Below, in pieces: positions 41,441 through 51,486 of a DNA stretch of 64,000 nt. Origin of the DNA: Limisphaerales bacterium (lineage in GTDB: Bacteria; Verrucomicrobiota; Verrucomicrobiia; Limisphaerales; UBA11358). The notes beneath the pieces are model-generated. The model had not been told where the DNA came from, did no database searches, and saw only the letters and a program-made list of their open reading frames with translations. Every line of letters begins with the position of its first letter. Position 1 is the stretch's first letter. Location: contig PLAY01000176.1 in assembly GCA_003134375.1 (NCBI GenBank), forward strand, positions 48,254-112,253, read 5' to 3'. The position numbers and the translations under genes were made by a program.

Positions 41441-44194
41441 ATGTTTGAACGTCCACCCAACGGTTTTTTTGTGCGCGATTTGATGGTGTTCAACCATCTG
41501 CGGCGCGGCGGTTATGTCTCCAAGGGGTTTGTCTTTGAACCGCCCGACCTCACCAACAGTCCCATCGCCGACCTGAACGAATTTCAAGAACAACTCTGTT
41601 TGTTGCTCGCTTCGCTGCACGAAAACCAGCGGTTGCAGGTTCAATACTTTTCCGACTCGGATTACAAAACCGAACTGCTCCGGTATCAGCAGGAGACGGA
41701 ACGGTTTGAAAATGTCTGGACGAAGCGTTCGCGCAACGAACGGTTCGCACGCTACTGGCAGGCGATGACCGAACGCAAACTCCGGCGGCAGCGCGTGATC
41801 CTTTATGTGTCCCGCTCGTTGGAAAACACGCCCCGGACGCTCACCTCCAATAGCGCGCTGCGCGAGTATTACCTGACCATGCTCGACCAGTTGGAAACGG
41901 AGTTCAGCCACGTTCACCATTTGTTAAAGGAGATTTTCGCCAGTGCCGGGACGCGCGTGCTGCCCATGAGCGACCTCGACCACTTCAAGCATTGCAAAAA
42001 TTTTCTCAATCCGTCCCTAGCCGACCGCTTTGATTTTGATGCGGCCAGTGATTTTCAACCCGAACTTTCGATTCAGGAAAATTGCTGGCACAGCGAAGGC
42101 AACGGCCAGAGTGATTTCGGGTTTTTCATGGATGGACATTATCACTCCGTCATCGCGCTCACGCGCTGGCCGCGCACGACCTATCCCGGCATCATCCAAC
42201 GCCTCACCAATCTGCGGCTGTTGGACTACGCCATCACGGTCAATGTTGATCCGCTCCCCATCACCCAGGAAATCAACAAGGAGGAAAAAGAGCATGACCG
42301 CGTAGCCGGCGACTACGCCAGTGAAAAGAAAATCTCGCTGCTCACGGTAATGGAAAAGAAGCAGAAAAAAATTCATGCGCTGATGCAGGGACAGACCATT
42401 CCGTTCAATGCGCTGTTTGTGATTCGGGTTTGGGACAAGTCGAAGGACGGTTTGAACGCGAAAGCCAGCGCCATCAAGAACGCCATCAACTCGATGAATT
42501 CGGCGCAGTATTTTGAAAGCAACCTGCCCACCACGTCCAAAAGCCTTTTCTTCCAGACCTGGCCGGGCTGGACGTGGGGACGTTATGAGCATCGCAAACT
42601 TTATTCGGAACATCGTTATCTGGCCGATATGCTGCCTGTCACCAGCACATTCACCGGCCATCTGGCAACCGCCGAGGCCATCTACGATGGCCCGGCAAAC
42701 AATCTTATCGGTGTCGAAACTTTCTCCGGCTCAAAGGACAATCAATCTCCCCAGCACGCCGTGTTGTTGGGAATGTCGGGCGCGGGCAAATCTGTGACCG
42801 TTTGCGACCTGCTTTCGCAGACCGAAGGTTATTTCGCCTACACCGTCATCATTGAAGAAGGTTTGTCGTATGGCATCTACACACAGACCGTCGAACCCGG
42901 TGCGCGGCCCATCATCATTCATCCCGATGGCGACCTCACCATAAACTATTTGGACACCAAAGGACTGCCGCTGACCTCCGACCATTTGTCCGCTTCAACG
43001 GCACTTGTTGCCCGGATGATCGGCACGTCGAGTCAGGAAGATAAACAAATGCTCCGGCAGGCGCAGATCGCCAAGTATTTGAATTTGCTTTACGAGGATT
43101 CGTTTCAGGACTGGCAGAAGAAGCGTTACGGTCAGTTGCTTGACATCGCGCGTCACGCGCTCGCGTTGCAGAAATTCCGCGCCGAACGGATGCCGCCGGG
43201 CGCGACGAGCCTCGAAACTTTTGCGGACTTCAGAGACTTGGCGGGGTCAGGACTCATATCGTCCACCGCAGAGCCACGCTTCAATGAATGGGGACGGGAT
43301 TATCTCGCCCAATTCGACGAAGGAACGGTTCTGAAATTCCTAAAAGACCCCAAGACCAGCCGCGAAGTCCGCAATCTCGCTTTCGCCTATTTCACGCCGG
43401 AAGAATTCCCGACGCACCGGATGTTGCAGGAATTGATGATGCTCGATCCGGTCGGTTCGGAGCGTGAACAGATCGTCGAAATCGCCACCCTGATTCTGCC
43501 CTGGTGTCGGGACGGCAACTACGGCTGCTTGTTCGACGGCACGAGCAATCTTTCGCTTACCGGTAAGATTGCCCACTTTGAGTTGGGCTACATCCCGGAA
43601 TCTGCCAAGGAACTGAAGGCGGCGGCGGGTTTCCTCATCACCAACCACGCGCGCAAGCACATCATCACGCTGCCGCGCGCATTGCGGAAACGGAACGTGT
43701 ATGAGGAAGTCGCCCGCTTCCTTGACATTCCCGGTGGGCAGGAAATCGTCCAAGAGAGCTACGCTCAATTACGGAAATTCAATTGCTGGAACATTTCCAT
43801 CGTGCAGCAATACGCCCGGTTCAAACAATCGCGCATCCGCTCCGCCGTGTTCGGCAATTCGCGCCAGTTTTTCATCATGCGCCAGAATGACCGCGCGGAT
43901 CTGGAGGACATGGCGCAGGACATCGCGCTGCCCGAAGTCACCAAACACGCGATTATGAATTACCCGCTGCCCGACCATCAATCGGGACAGAAGTATTCGC
44001 CGTTCACTTATTTTCACACCGACTCCGGCAGAAATCTTTGCGGCACGGTTCACAACGTCTCATCGCGTGAAATGCTCTATTGCAGTTCATCCAGCGGCGA
44101 GCATTTCGATAAACGCGCCCGCGAACTGCGCCAGAGTGCCAACATCGTCGAGGGCATTATCGCCCACGCAAACCCGCAAAAGGAGGAAGCATGA
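41441..44194 (+). CDS. virB4: T4SS ATPase VirB4/TrbE family
   Basis: 917 aa with Walker A LLGMSGAGKSV. Size and operon position are typical. Confidence 0.9.
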   Translation: MFERPPNGFFVRDLMVFNHLRRGGYVSKGFVFEPPDLTNSPIADLNEFQEQLCLLLASLHENQRLQVQYFSDSDYKTELLRYQQETERFENVWTKRSRNERFARYWQAMTERKLRRQRVILYVSRSLENTPRTLTSNSALREYYLTMLDQLETEFSHVHHLLKEIFASAGTRVLPMSDLDHFKHCKNFLNPSLADRFDFDAASDFQPELSIQENCWHSEGNGQSDFGFFMDGHYHSVIALTRWPRTTYPGIIQRLTNLRLLDYAITVNVDPLPITQEINKEEKEHDRVAGDYASEKKISLLTVMEKKQKKIHALMQGQTIPFNALFVIRVWDKSKDGLNAKASAIKNAINSMNSAQYFESNLPTTSKSLFFQTWPGWTWGRYEHRKLYSEHRYLADMLPVTSTFTGHLATAEAIYDGPANNLIGVETFSGSKDNQSPQHAVLLGMSGAGKSVTVCDLLSQTEGYFAYTVIIEEGLSYGIYTQTVEPGARPIIIHPDGDLTINYLDTKGLPLTSDHLSASTALVARMIGTSSQEDKQMLRQAQIAKYLNLLYEDSFQDWQKKRYGQLLDIARHALALQKFRAERMPPGATSLETFADFRDLAGSGLISSTAEPRFNEWGRDYLAQFDEGTVLKFLKDPKTSREVRNLAFAYFTPEEFPTHRMLQELMMLDPVGSEREQIVEIATLILPWCRDGNYGCLFDGTSNLSLTGKIAHFELGYIPESAKELKAAAGFLITNHARKHIITLPRALRKRNVYEEVARFLDIPGGQEIVQESYAQLRKFNCWNISIVQQYARFKQSRIRSAVFGNSRQFFIMRQNDRADLEDMAQDIALPEVTKHAIMNYPLPDHQSGQKYSPFTYFHTDSGRNLCGTVHNVSSREMLYCSSSSGEHFDKRARELRQSANIVEGIIAHANPQKEEA

Positions 44195-45048
44195 AAGAAT
44201 TGCACATCCTCAATCTCGGCGCGGGCGTCCAGTCCACGACCCTTTACCTGATGTTTTTGCGCGGTGTTCTCCAGCCGCAGATTGACTACGCCATCTTCGC
44301 CGATACCGGCGAGGAACCCACACCCGTTTATCGGCATCTGGAATGGCTGCAATCCTTGAACGGCCCGCGCATCTTGGTGCGTTCCATCGGCAGGCTTGGG
44401 GAAGATTTGAAGCACGGACGCAATTCCACCGGCCAGCGGTTTGCCAGCATTCCCGCCTACACCACGGACGAGCCGGGTTCGCCCAAGGGGATGATTCGCC
44501 GCCAATGCACCAAGGAATACAAGCTGGATGTCATTGAACAGACCATCCGCCACGAAATCGTCGGCCTTAAACCCCGCCAATGGTTTCCCCGCGATGAAGT
44601 CCATGTTCGGCAATACCTCGGTATCAGTTTCGACGAGGCCGGACGCGCCGCGCGTGTGCGGCTGCGCTTCGCGGAAGTTCCTTGGGCAACGCCGTTGTTT
44701 CCGCTCATCGAACGCCAAATCACCCGCGCCATGTGTCAGCAACGGCTGAAAGCCTTTGGTGTCCCCCATGAAGTCCCGCGCTCGGCGTGCGTATTTTGTC
44801 CCTACCGTTCCAACGACGAATGGCGCTGGCTGCGGGACAATGATCCGACCGGTTTTCAACGTGCCGTTGAAATTGACGTGGCGTTGCGAACGCCCGGCAA
44901 TGTCGTCAACCGGAACCTTGACCAGAAACTATATGTGCATCGCTCGTGCGTGCCGCTGGCCGAGGCGTTCATCGAGAAAAAGGAATCATTCCGAGACCAG
45001 ACGTTCATGGGTTTTTACCAAGAATGCAACGGCCTGTGCGGAAACTAA
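44191..45048 (+). CDS. PAPS-reductase / PP-loop ATP-pyrophosphatase family protein embedded in the T4SS operon
   Basis: LHILNLGAGVQSTTLYLM (SGGxDS-like PP-loop position), IFADTGEEP and RRQCTKEYKLDVIE. ATGA overlap with the virB4 stop. Confidence 0.6.
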   Translation: MKELHILNLGAGVQSTTLYLMFLRGVLQPQIDYAIFADTGEEPTPVYRHLEWLQSLNGPRILVRSIGRLGEDLKHGRNSTGQRFASIPAYTTDEPGSPKGMIRRQCTKEYKLDVIEQTIRHEIVGLKPRQWFPRDEVHVRQYLGISFDEAGRAARVRLRFAEVPWATPLFPLIERQITRAMCQQRLKAFGVPHEVPRSACVFCPYRSNDEWRWLRDNDPTGFQRAVEIDVALRTPGNVVNRNLDQKLYVHRSCVPLAEAFIEKKESFRDQTFMGFYQECNGLCGN

Positions 45049-45061
45049 AACCATCAACCTT

Positions 45062-45478
45062 ATGAAAAAATTATTATTCATCGTTCCTCTTGCTTGTGCC
45101 GCGTGTTTGTTCACCGGCTGCGCCGCCGTGACCCGAACTGCCACTGATGTCGGCCTGGGCGCGGGCGGCGCGGCCCTCGGCGGCGAACTATCCCACAACA
45201 ATCCGATGGCCATCGTTGGCGGCGCGGCGGGCGGCGCTTTGCTTGGCGAGGGACTCCACGCCGCCAACGGCAAACTGAACGACCAGTCTTATCAGTCCGG
45301 CTACGACAAAGGCCGCAGTGATGCGGTGAAGCAGCAGTATTGGCTTTACGTTTCGTTGCAGCAGGCCAGAGCCGGTGACAATGGCCGGGTCCGGCTCTAC
45401 GAAGTTCATTTGCCGGAGCAAGTAATTGACGGCGTGATTTTCCAGCCCACCACCCAATTTCTCCGCATCGAGCAGTAA
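45062..45478 (+). CDS. Lipoprotein (VirB7/TrbH-position) with Gly-rich segment
   Basis: Lipobox LFTGC followed by a glycine-zipper-like GLGAGGAALGG...VGGAAGGALLGEG. Confidence 0.6.
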   Translation: MKKLLFIVPLACAACLFTGCAAVTRTATDVGLGAGGAALGGELSHNNPMAIVGGAAGGALLGEGLHAANGKLNDQSYQSGYDKGRSDAVKQQYWLYVSLQQARAGDNGRVRLYEVHLPEQVIDGVIFQPTTQFLRIEQ

Positions 45479-45550
45479 CTGCGTTACGGCCACCAGCCTG
45501 CACCCAACTATTTCCCTCAAAAACAAACAACCAAAGAAAGGACAACAAAA

Positions 45551-46351
45551 ATGAAAAAGTTAATCGCAGTAATCGCAATCGCCCTGCCGCTGGCATTCTC
45601 CGCCCGCGCACAGTGGATCGTGTATGACCCGACCATGAACGTGGAACAAATTCTCGCCGAAGCCGAGAGCATCGCCAAATACGTCACGATGATTGACAAC
45701 CAGGTGCAGCAAATCAACACGCTCACCAGCCAGTTGAGCGAGTTTAAGAATTACGAAAGTTTGTTCGGCAACCCGTCCCAAGTGGTGCTGTCAATGGTGC
45801 CTGCCCTCGACTCGGATTTGCAGAGCCTTGAGCCGGGTAAAAACCTCGAAAATCTGGTGTCAAGCGCCGACGGCAATTATGCACTGACCTACAATGATTC
45901 AGGCATCTATGCCACAGTAGGCGTCAGTTTCCAGACACCGGGCGGCCAGACCATCCAGCGACCCGCCGACCAATACAAACCGTTTGCGGCAATCAATGAC
46001 ACGGCCAACAACTATGTCACGGTTGCCGACAACGCGGCGCAACGGCGCGCGACCATCAAGGATCAAATCGCGCAGACGACCCAGCAACTCCAGAACGCCA
46101 CCACGGATGCCGAGGTGCAGAAGTTGCACGGCGTCCTCACCAGTCTGAACGGCGACCTTGCCAGCACCGATGACGAGGTGAATCAAGCCGCGTCATCGGC
46201 AATGGTTCAGGACATCCAGAACCGGAACGACCAGCAGAAACAAATTCAGGCGTTGACCGAGCAGCAGAACGCCGAGTTCGAGGAGTCCGTCAGCAACTAC
46301 ACGGCGAAGTTCCAGTTGCTCAATGCGCCGGTGGTCTTCCCAACCCCGTAA
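45551..46351 (+). CDS. virB5: VirB5/TrbJ-like protein
   Basis: Signal peptide, then QWIVYDPTMNVEQILAEAESIAKYVTMIDNQVQQINTLTSQL (TrbJ-like pattern). Confidence 0.6.
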   Translation: MKKLIAVIAIALPLAFSARAQWIVYDPTMNVEQILAEAESIAKYVTMIDNQVQQINTLTSQLSEFKNYESLFGNPSQVVLSMVPALDSDLQSLEPGKNLENLVSSADGNYALTYNDSGIYATVGVSFQTPGGQTIQRPADQYKPFAAINDTANNYVTVADNAAQRRATIKDQIAQTTQQLQNATTDAEVQKLHGVLTSLNGDLASTDDEVNQAASSAMVQDIQNRNDQQKQIQALTEQQNAEFEESVSNYTAKFQLLNAPVVFPTP

Positions 46352-46370
46352 CCCTCAACCTGCGTTAATC

Positions 46371-47438
46371 ATGGCCACGTTCGACAGCATCTTCCCCACA
46401 TTCCTCGCCAAATGTGGTGAACTCCACACGTTGTTGTTGAGCGTGGCCTTCGCCCTTTTCATCGTCGGCGTCATCGTTACGGTGATGCACCATTCCTCGC
46501 ACGATGCCATTCTGCATCTGCTCCTGCGTCTGTTGTTGCTCACGTCCTTGCTCGTGTTTCTGCCTGCTTGGGGCAATACCCTGCAAAATCTGCTGCAAAC
46601 TTCCATCCTCTCCGGCTTGGGCGTTGACCCGGCCAATGTGTATCAGCAGTTCAATCAATTGCTTGTCATCAAACGCGATCCGGCCACGACCACATCTTGG
46701 TGGAATGTCATGTCGCAGCTCCACAATTTCACCACCGACTTGATCATCTCCGCCGTTCTCTGGCTCGTCGGCGAGTTCGCCTCGTTGATGATGTTTTGGG
46801 CTTACATCTTTCAGACAATCATTCTCAATCTCGGCTACGCGCTCTCGCCCTTGCTCATCGGTTTCATGGCAATTCCGGCGTTGAAGCACACCGGCAACCG
46901 CTACCTCATGAATCTTGTCGGCGTTTTGCTCTGGCCGCTGGGCTGGGCGCTCGCCGCGCTCGTCACCCAGGGCATTCTCGACTTTATGACCGACCCCAGC
47001 TTTGAATATATTGACCCGACTTCCACGCTGCCCGATCTGCAAAAAACCATCGGCGTCGCCGTCGTCGGCTTCTGGATTATTTTCAGCACCGTTGCCGCAC
47101 CAGTCATTATCCAGAACGTCATCGCGCACGGCATTCAGCCCGGAGGCCCGTTGCTCGCGGGCGGTGTCAGCAGTTTTCTCCAGACCGCCGCCACCACTGC
47201 GGGCGCAGCCGCGACCGCTTCCACCGCTGGTATGCCGGCAGTGACCGCTGGCGCGGCGGGCATGGCCGCGCTGTTAAGCACCATGTCGTCTGCCGCCAAC
47301 ATGGGCAGCGCGGGCGCCATCATCATCGCCGGTTCCGGCCTGCCGCCGCGCTCCGCACGCGGTCGGCCCGGCGACGACATCACCGGCAACAAGGCCGTCC
47401 GCGAACTCATCGCCAAATCCAAACCCAATTATTACTGA
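46371..47438 (+). CDS. virB6: VirB6/TrbL-like polytopic membrane protein
   Basis: At least 6 hydrophobic helices and an Ala/Gly-rich C-terminus. Start at MATFDSIFP. Confidence 0.6.
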   Translation: MATFDSIFPTFLAKCGELHTLLLSVAFALFIVGVIVTVMHHSSHDAILHLLLRLLLLTSLLVFLPAWGNTLQNLLQTSILSGLGVDPANVYQQFNQLLVIKRDPATTTSWWNVMSQLHNFTTDLIISAVLWLVGEFASLMMFWAYIFQTIILNLGYALSPLLIGFMAIPALKHTGNRYLMNLVGVLLWPLGWALAALVTQGILDFMTDPSFEYIDPTSTLPDLQKTIGVAVVGFWIIFSTVAAPVIIQNVIAHGIQPGGPLLAGGVSSFLQTAATTAGAAATASTAGMPAVTAGAAGMAALLSTMSSAANMGSAGAIIIAGSGLPPRSARGRPGDDITGNKAVRELIAKSKPNYY

Positions 47439-47441
47439 CCT

Positions 47442-48107
47442 ATGGAAACATCTGACTTGAAAACCACGCCAACGAATTCTGCTTCGCCTTCAATGGTGGC
47501 CGTGCGCAAGCACTTTGATCCTACCCGCCTTTTGGTCCAGCGCGACCGCCTGCCGTGGTTCTGGTTTTTCTTCACCATTGCCGTGTTGCTGCTGTCGGCC
47601 ATTGACCGTTACCACATCGTTTCACAGTTCAAGCAGCGCGAGCGCGTCGTCATCATTGATCCCGCCGGAACTTATTATTTAAGTCCGTTGCTTCAATTTT
47701 CGGAGGCCAAAGAGTTGCACGTTCAACAGGCCGAGTTGGCGACGCTCGCATTTCTCGAACGCAGTCCCAAAGATTTTGACAATCCCGATTTGCTCAAATT
47801 GGTGTTTCTCAAATCTGCGCTGGCCAAGGCGCAGGACGAACGTATCAGCGAGTCCGTCGAATTTCGTTCCAAGCAACTCCACCAGAAAGCTGAAATTGGC
47901 CGCATTGACATTCTCGCCACGCGCGACAACGAAGTGCTGGCCGCCGTCACCGGCCAGATCATCCGCAGCGGCATATTCCAGGACAAGGCGTTCACCGAGG
48001 CGTTTCCGTTCACGCTCCGGTTACGCTTGGTTCGCAACCCCAACATGGCGTTGAACGGACGCTTCCCAACCGCAGTAGGAGACTTCAAATATGAAATCAA
48101 TCGCTAA
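47442..48107 (+). CDS. virB8: VirB8-like protein
   Basis: Bitopic: a short cytoplasmic N-terminus, one TM helix (WFWFFFTIAVLLLSAI) and a ~150-aa periplasmic domain. Operon position fits. Confidence 0.5.
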   Translation: METSDLKTTPTNSASPSMVAVRKHFDPTRLLVQRDRLPWFWFFFTIAVLLLSAIDRYHIVSQFKQRERVVIIDPAGTYYLSPLLQFSEAKELHVQQAELATLAFLERSPKDFDNPDLLKLVFLKSALAKAQDERISESVEFRSKQLHQKAEIGRIDILATRDNEVLAAVTGQIIRSGIFQDKAFTEAFPFTLRLRLVRNPNMALNGRFPTAVGDFKYEINR

Positions 48108-49005
48108 TCTATTATTACTCACCGTCACGGTGCTCACTGCCACGGTTGCGCTGGCCGATTCACCGGCCATCCATCGTGTTCTGCTCGACGACCACACGGT
48201 TGTATCCGTGCCGGTTGCGACCAACCGCGTGACCACCATCAGTTTTCCCGGCCCGATTGAAGCCATTGACGGCGCGGGGTTCACGGTGGATGGAAAAACT
48301 CCGGGGCAATTCCAACTGGCTCATGTCAAAGGCTCGACGTTTCTTTCCGTGCGCGCCCTCACTGGCAGGGCCGCCGGCAACCTGAATGTCCGCTGGAACA
48401 ATTGCACTTACGTTTTCGAGTTGTCGGCCAGCGACACGCCGGCACTGTCACTCATCATGGAATCGCCGCCCGCGCCGGAGGAGTTGGGTGCAGGCCGTGC
48501 GCCCGAAGTCAGCCCGCTAAAACTTTTGGCGTTGCTCGACAAGGCGAAGGCGTTTCCGCTGTTAAAATCGCAACAGCCGGAAAGTGTCGCCGATGTCGGA
48601 TTCACCACCTATGACGGCAAGCCGCTGGTCAGCGACTTCAACGACTACGAAATCCAGATTGAACAGTCATTCCGGTTCAACGCCGAGGACACGCTGGTTT
48701 TTCGTGTCGGCATCACCAACAAGACCGGCACGCCCTTGATTTATCAGCCCGACAGTTTCGCGTTGCGCGCGGGCGACCGGCTTTATCCCCAATCCATCAG
48801 CGACAGCGACGGCCACGTCCCGCCCAATGGCCGCAGCATCGTTTATTTTGCCGTCACCGGCACGCCGGACGGCGGACGCAATGAGTTGTCTCTGAAAAAC
48901 CAATTCACCGTGTTGGTGCAACGACTGTCGCCGCCACCGCCGCCCTCAATCATCGTCACCAATGTTCCGGTGCGTCCCATCCGTTCACCCAAAGGCCAGC
49001 CATGA
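48091..49005 (+). CDS. virB9: VirB9/TrbG-like protein
   Basis: Signal peptide. NRVTTISFPGPIEAIDG...GNLNVRWNNCTYVFEL resembles the VirB9 N-domain pattern. Confidence 0.6.
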   Translation: MKSIANLLLLTVTVLTATVALADSPAIHRVLLDDHTVVSVPVATNRVTTISFPGPIEAIDGAGFTVDGKTPGQFQLAHVKGSTFLSVRALTGRAAGNLNVRWNNCTYVFELSASDTPALSLIMESPPAPEELGAGRAPEVSPLKLLALLDKAKAFPLLKSQQPESVADVGFTTYDGKPLVSDFNDYEIQIEQSFRFNAEDTLVFRVGITNKTGTPLIYQPDSFALRAGDRLYPQSISDSDGHVPPNGRSIVYFAVTGTPDGGRNELSLKNQFTVLVQRLSPPPPPSIIVTNVPVRPIRSPKGQP

Positions 49006-50084
49006 AACCACGAGATTTCCTCAATTTTTTCAAGACCAAGAGCGGCAGATTGATTGCCTTTGGTGGTTTGTTTGCGGCGGCGCTCATTATTTTCAGCGTT
49101 GTCCGCAAGCACCACCAGGCTCCCGAAGACGCGGCTTCGGCGGCGCCACTTGGCACCAACACCGTTGGCGGCAAGCCCCAGGTGGTGCAGTCGGTCGTGC
49201 GACCGATGACGGCTTTCCATCCGCCCGCAGCCAAACCGGAACCGGCTTCAGCTTCGTCCACCGCGTCATCGGCAACCTCGTCAGGTTTCCCCAACGCATC
49301 GCCACAACCGTTGCCGGTTGTTCCCGCGAACCAATTGCCAACCCTCTCGCCGATCAGTTTGTTTTCAGATAGCACGGCGGGAGTTGCCGCCCAAAAAAAG
49401 TTGAGCGCCGCGTATGCCCCGTTTGGCCGGTTGATTTCTTGCGAGACGGTCATCACGGTGGATTCGTCTTCCATGCAGACACCCATCATCGGCCTTGTCA
49501 CCGAGGATGTTTATCACGCGGGCAAACTCATCATTCCCGCTGGCACCGAGGTTCATGGCACGGCCAAAACCGACCATCAACGCGAACGCATTGCCAGCGG
49601 CAGCAGTTGGACATTGGTTTGGCAGAACGGTGAAGAAATGCAAATCAAGGCCATCGCGCTTGACCGAGAATTTGAAAACAACACCAATCAAACCGGTTGG
49701 AGCATCACGGACGGCAGCGCCGGGTTGCGCGGTGAACTCATCAAGTCGGACAGTCTCGCGGAGATAAAATTGTTCGCCGCCACGTTCCTTTCCGGCGCGG
49801 CGGGTGCGCTGACCGAAAAACAGCAGACCATCTTTGGCCCCATCAACAGTCCCACGCTCAACAACGCGCCGTTTGCGGGCGCGCAGGATGTTCTAAAAAT
49901 CTACGCGCAGCAAATCTCCGATTCGATTCAGAAGGACGGGTTTTACATCCGTGTGCCGAGTGGAAAACAGTTTTACCTCTACGTCCTGCAAACCCTGGAC
50001 CGCGCCGATGCCTCCGTCGGCGGCGCGGCCATCCCGGTCGCACCAGAAATAGATGAACCAACCAAAACCACATCAACACCATGA
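49002..50084 (+). CDS. virB10: VirB10/TrbI-like protein
   Basis: N-terminal TM helix, a Pro/Ala-rich linker, and a C-terminal IIGLVTEDVYHAGKLIIPAGTEVHG...DGSAGLRGE pattern. Confidence 0.7.
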   Translation: MKPRDFLNFFKTKSGRLIAFGGLFAAALIIFSVVRKHHQAPEDAASAAPLGTNTVGGKPQVVQSVVRPMTAFHPPAAKPEPASASSTASSATSSGFPNASPQPLPVVPANQLPTLSPISLFSDSTAGVAAQKKLSAAYAPFGRLISCETVITVDSSSMQTPIIGLVTEDVYHAGKLIIPAGTEVHGTAKTDHQRERIASGSSWTLVWQNGEEMQIKAIALDREFENNTNQTGWSITDGSAGLRGELIKSDSLAEIKLFAATFLSGAAGALTEKQQTIFGPINSPTLNNAPFAGAQDVLKIYAQQISDSIQKDGFYIRVPSGKQFYLYVLQTLDRADASVGGAAIPVAPEIDEPTKTTSTP

Positions 50085-50659
50085 AAATGCTCCGCTTTAT
50101 TCCACTCCTGTTTTTGACGGCGTGTTCGACCGCGCCCAAGCTGACGCTGTTTCCGCAGCCACCGCTCGCGGACACGGATAATTCCAATGTCCGTTATCCC
50201 GAAGTGATTCATGCCTATCACGTCGGGCGCTATGCCGACCCGAATGACGGTCTGGTGATGCACGAGCAGCACGTCGTTTATCGCGTCGAGGAAAACACGC
50301 GCTGGGATTTGCATCCCGCCACCATTGGGGGCAACGCATTTTCCCCCGCAGCACCGTCATCTCACGACGCGGCGTTCAGTCCGGTGCCAGTCAACGATGC
50401 GATTCTGGCCGAGGTCAATTCGCAGCGGTTCGCCACCACTCAAATCATGGTGCAAGCCCGCACTTTGTCGGCGGCACTGATGCAGTTTCAAAGCGCGTTG
50501 CAACAGACCCAAACGAATTTGCAGCAGACGGCGGCGTTGCGCGCAACGGTGGGCGAAATGAAGCAGCGGCTCGCCGCGCTCGAAGCCGCGCAGAGCCAGC
50601 AACCGCCATTTGCAACCGCCACGACCACCAACGAACCGGCTGATCCGTTGAGTCCCTAA
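50081..50659 (+). CDS. T4SS-associated lipoprotein with coiled coil
   Basis: Lipobox LFLTACS. ATGA overlap with virB10. Confidence 0.55.
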   Translation: MKMLRFIPLLFLTACSTAPKLTLFPQPPLADTDNSNVRYPEVIHAYHVGRYADPNDGLVMHEQHVVYRVEENTRWDLHPATIGGNAFSPAAPSSHDAAFSPVPVNDAILAEVNSQRFATTQIMVQARTLSAALMQFQSALQQTQTNLQQTAALRATVGEMKQRLAALEAAQSQQPPFATATTTNEPADPLSP

Positions 50660-50728
50660 AACAATTTTACGCTTTGTCGGCAACTACGCCGGCAATCTTA
50701 AAACATAAACAACAAATCAAACCTCATT

Positions 50729-51139
50729 ATGAGCACAACAAAAACGAAACCCGCGCCCAATGGCGCTTCTGGCGCCGGTGCGCCCCCGCAACCCGTCAAC
50801 TACCGGATCAATCCCGAAGTGGAAGCCAAAATTGACAATTGGATTACTGAGAAACCCAAGGATTGGCAATACATCCAGACCATGCCCCGCGACCGGCTCG
50901 AACGCACCGTCGTCCTGAACGAAGTGCGCCAGCTTGAACGGCAGCAGCGTATGCGTGAAGGCATGATGGAGCGCATCAATGCCAATCCCGATCTCAAGCA
51001 AGCCTACGAAATTCTGGTCAAGGACGTGCCCCAAGACCAGCGCGAGGAGGTCATGTCCCAGATGGCGCGGCAGAAACAGCGCACCGTTGCCCGCACACAA
51101 ACCCAGGAACAAACAAAAGGACACGCAGTCGGGGTTTGA
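50729..51139 (+). CDS. Hypothetical protein
   Basis: 136-aa charged, helical ORF at the end of the T4SS operon. Confidence 0.5.
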   Translation: MSTTKTKPAPNGASGAGAPPQPVNYRINPEVEAKIDNWITEKPKDWQYIQTMPRDRLERTVVLNEVRQLERQQRMREGMMERINANPDLKQAYEILVKDVPQDQREEVMSQMARQKQRTVARTQTQEQTKGHAVGV

Positions 51140-51151
51140 TTTGCCATCGTG

Positions 51152-51188
51152 CCGGTCTGGTTCCGGCAACGGATTCCAGACCGGTTTT
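51152..51188 (+). terminator. Possible intrinsic terminator after the T4SS operon
   Basis: CCGGTCTGG-N15-CCAGACCGG followed by TTTT. The loop is long, so this is only tentative. Confidence 0.4.
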
Positions 51189-51486
51189 GGCAGCCGGAGC
51201 AGATTAGTTTTCGTGGCAATGAAAGGCATTCACACATGGGCATTAAAGATGCTTACATTGGAGCGTTAATTGTCGTGCCGGTGGCTTTTGTGCCGGGTTT
51301 ATATGCAAGCTGTTGTCCAGCATGGCGCGCGCAGTGGCAAGTTTCTGGACACTTGGCTTCAGAAACCGAGCGTCCTTCGTTGTCTTCACAGAGCGTTTTT
51401 CATCTTCAAGAAAACAGGTCTAAATCGTTTTCAACCGCGTTTCCGGGATCGAAACGCGCCCTGTATAAATTAAGGGGGACGATGCC

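Noticed and set aside
41030-41920. 296-aa minus-strand ORF overlapping the virB4 5' region and upstream small genes
   Set aside because: It lies opposite translationally coupled plus-strand genes and has no motifs.
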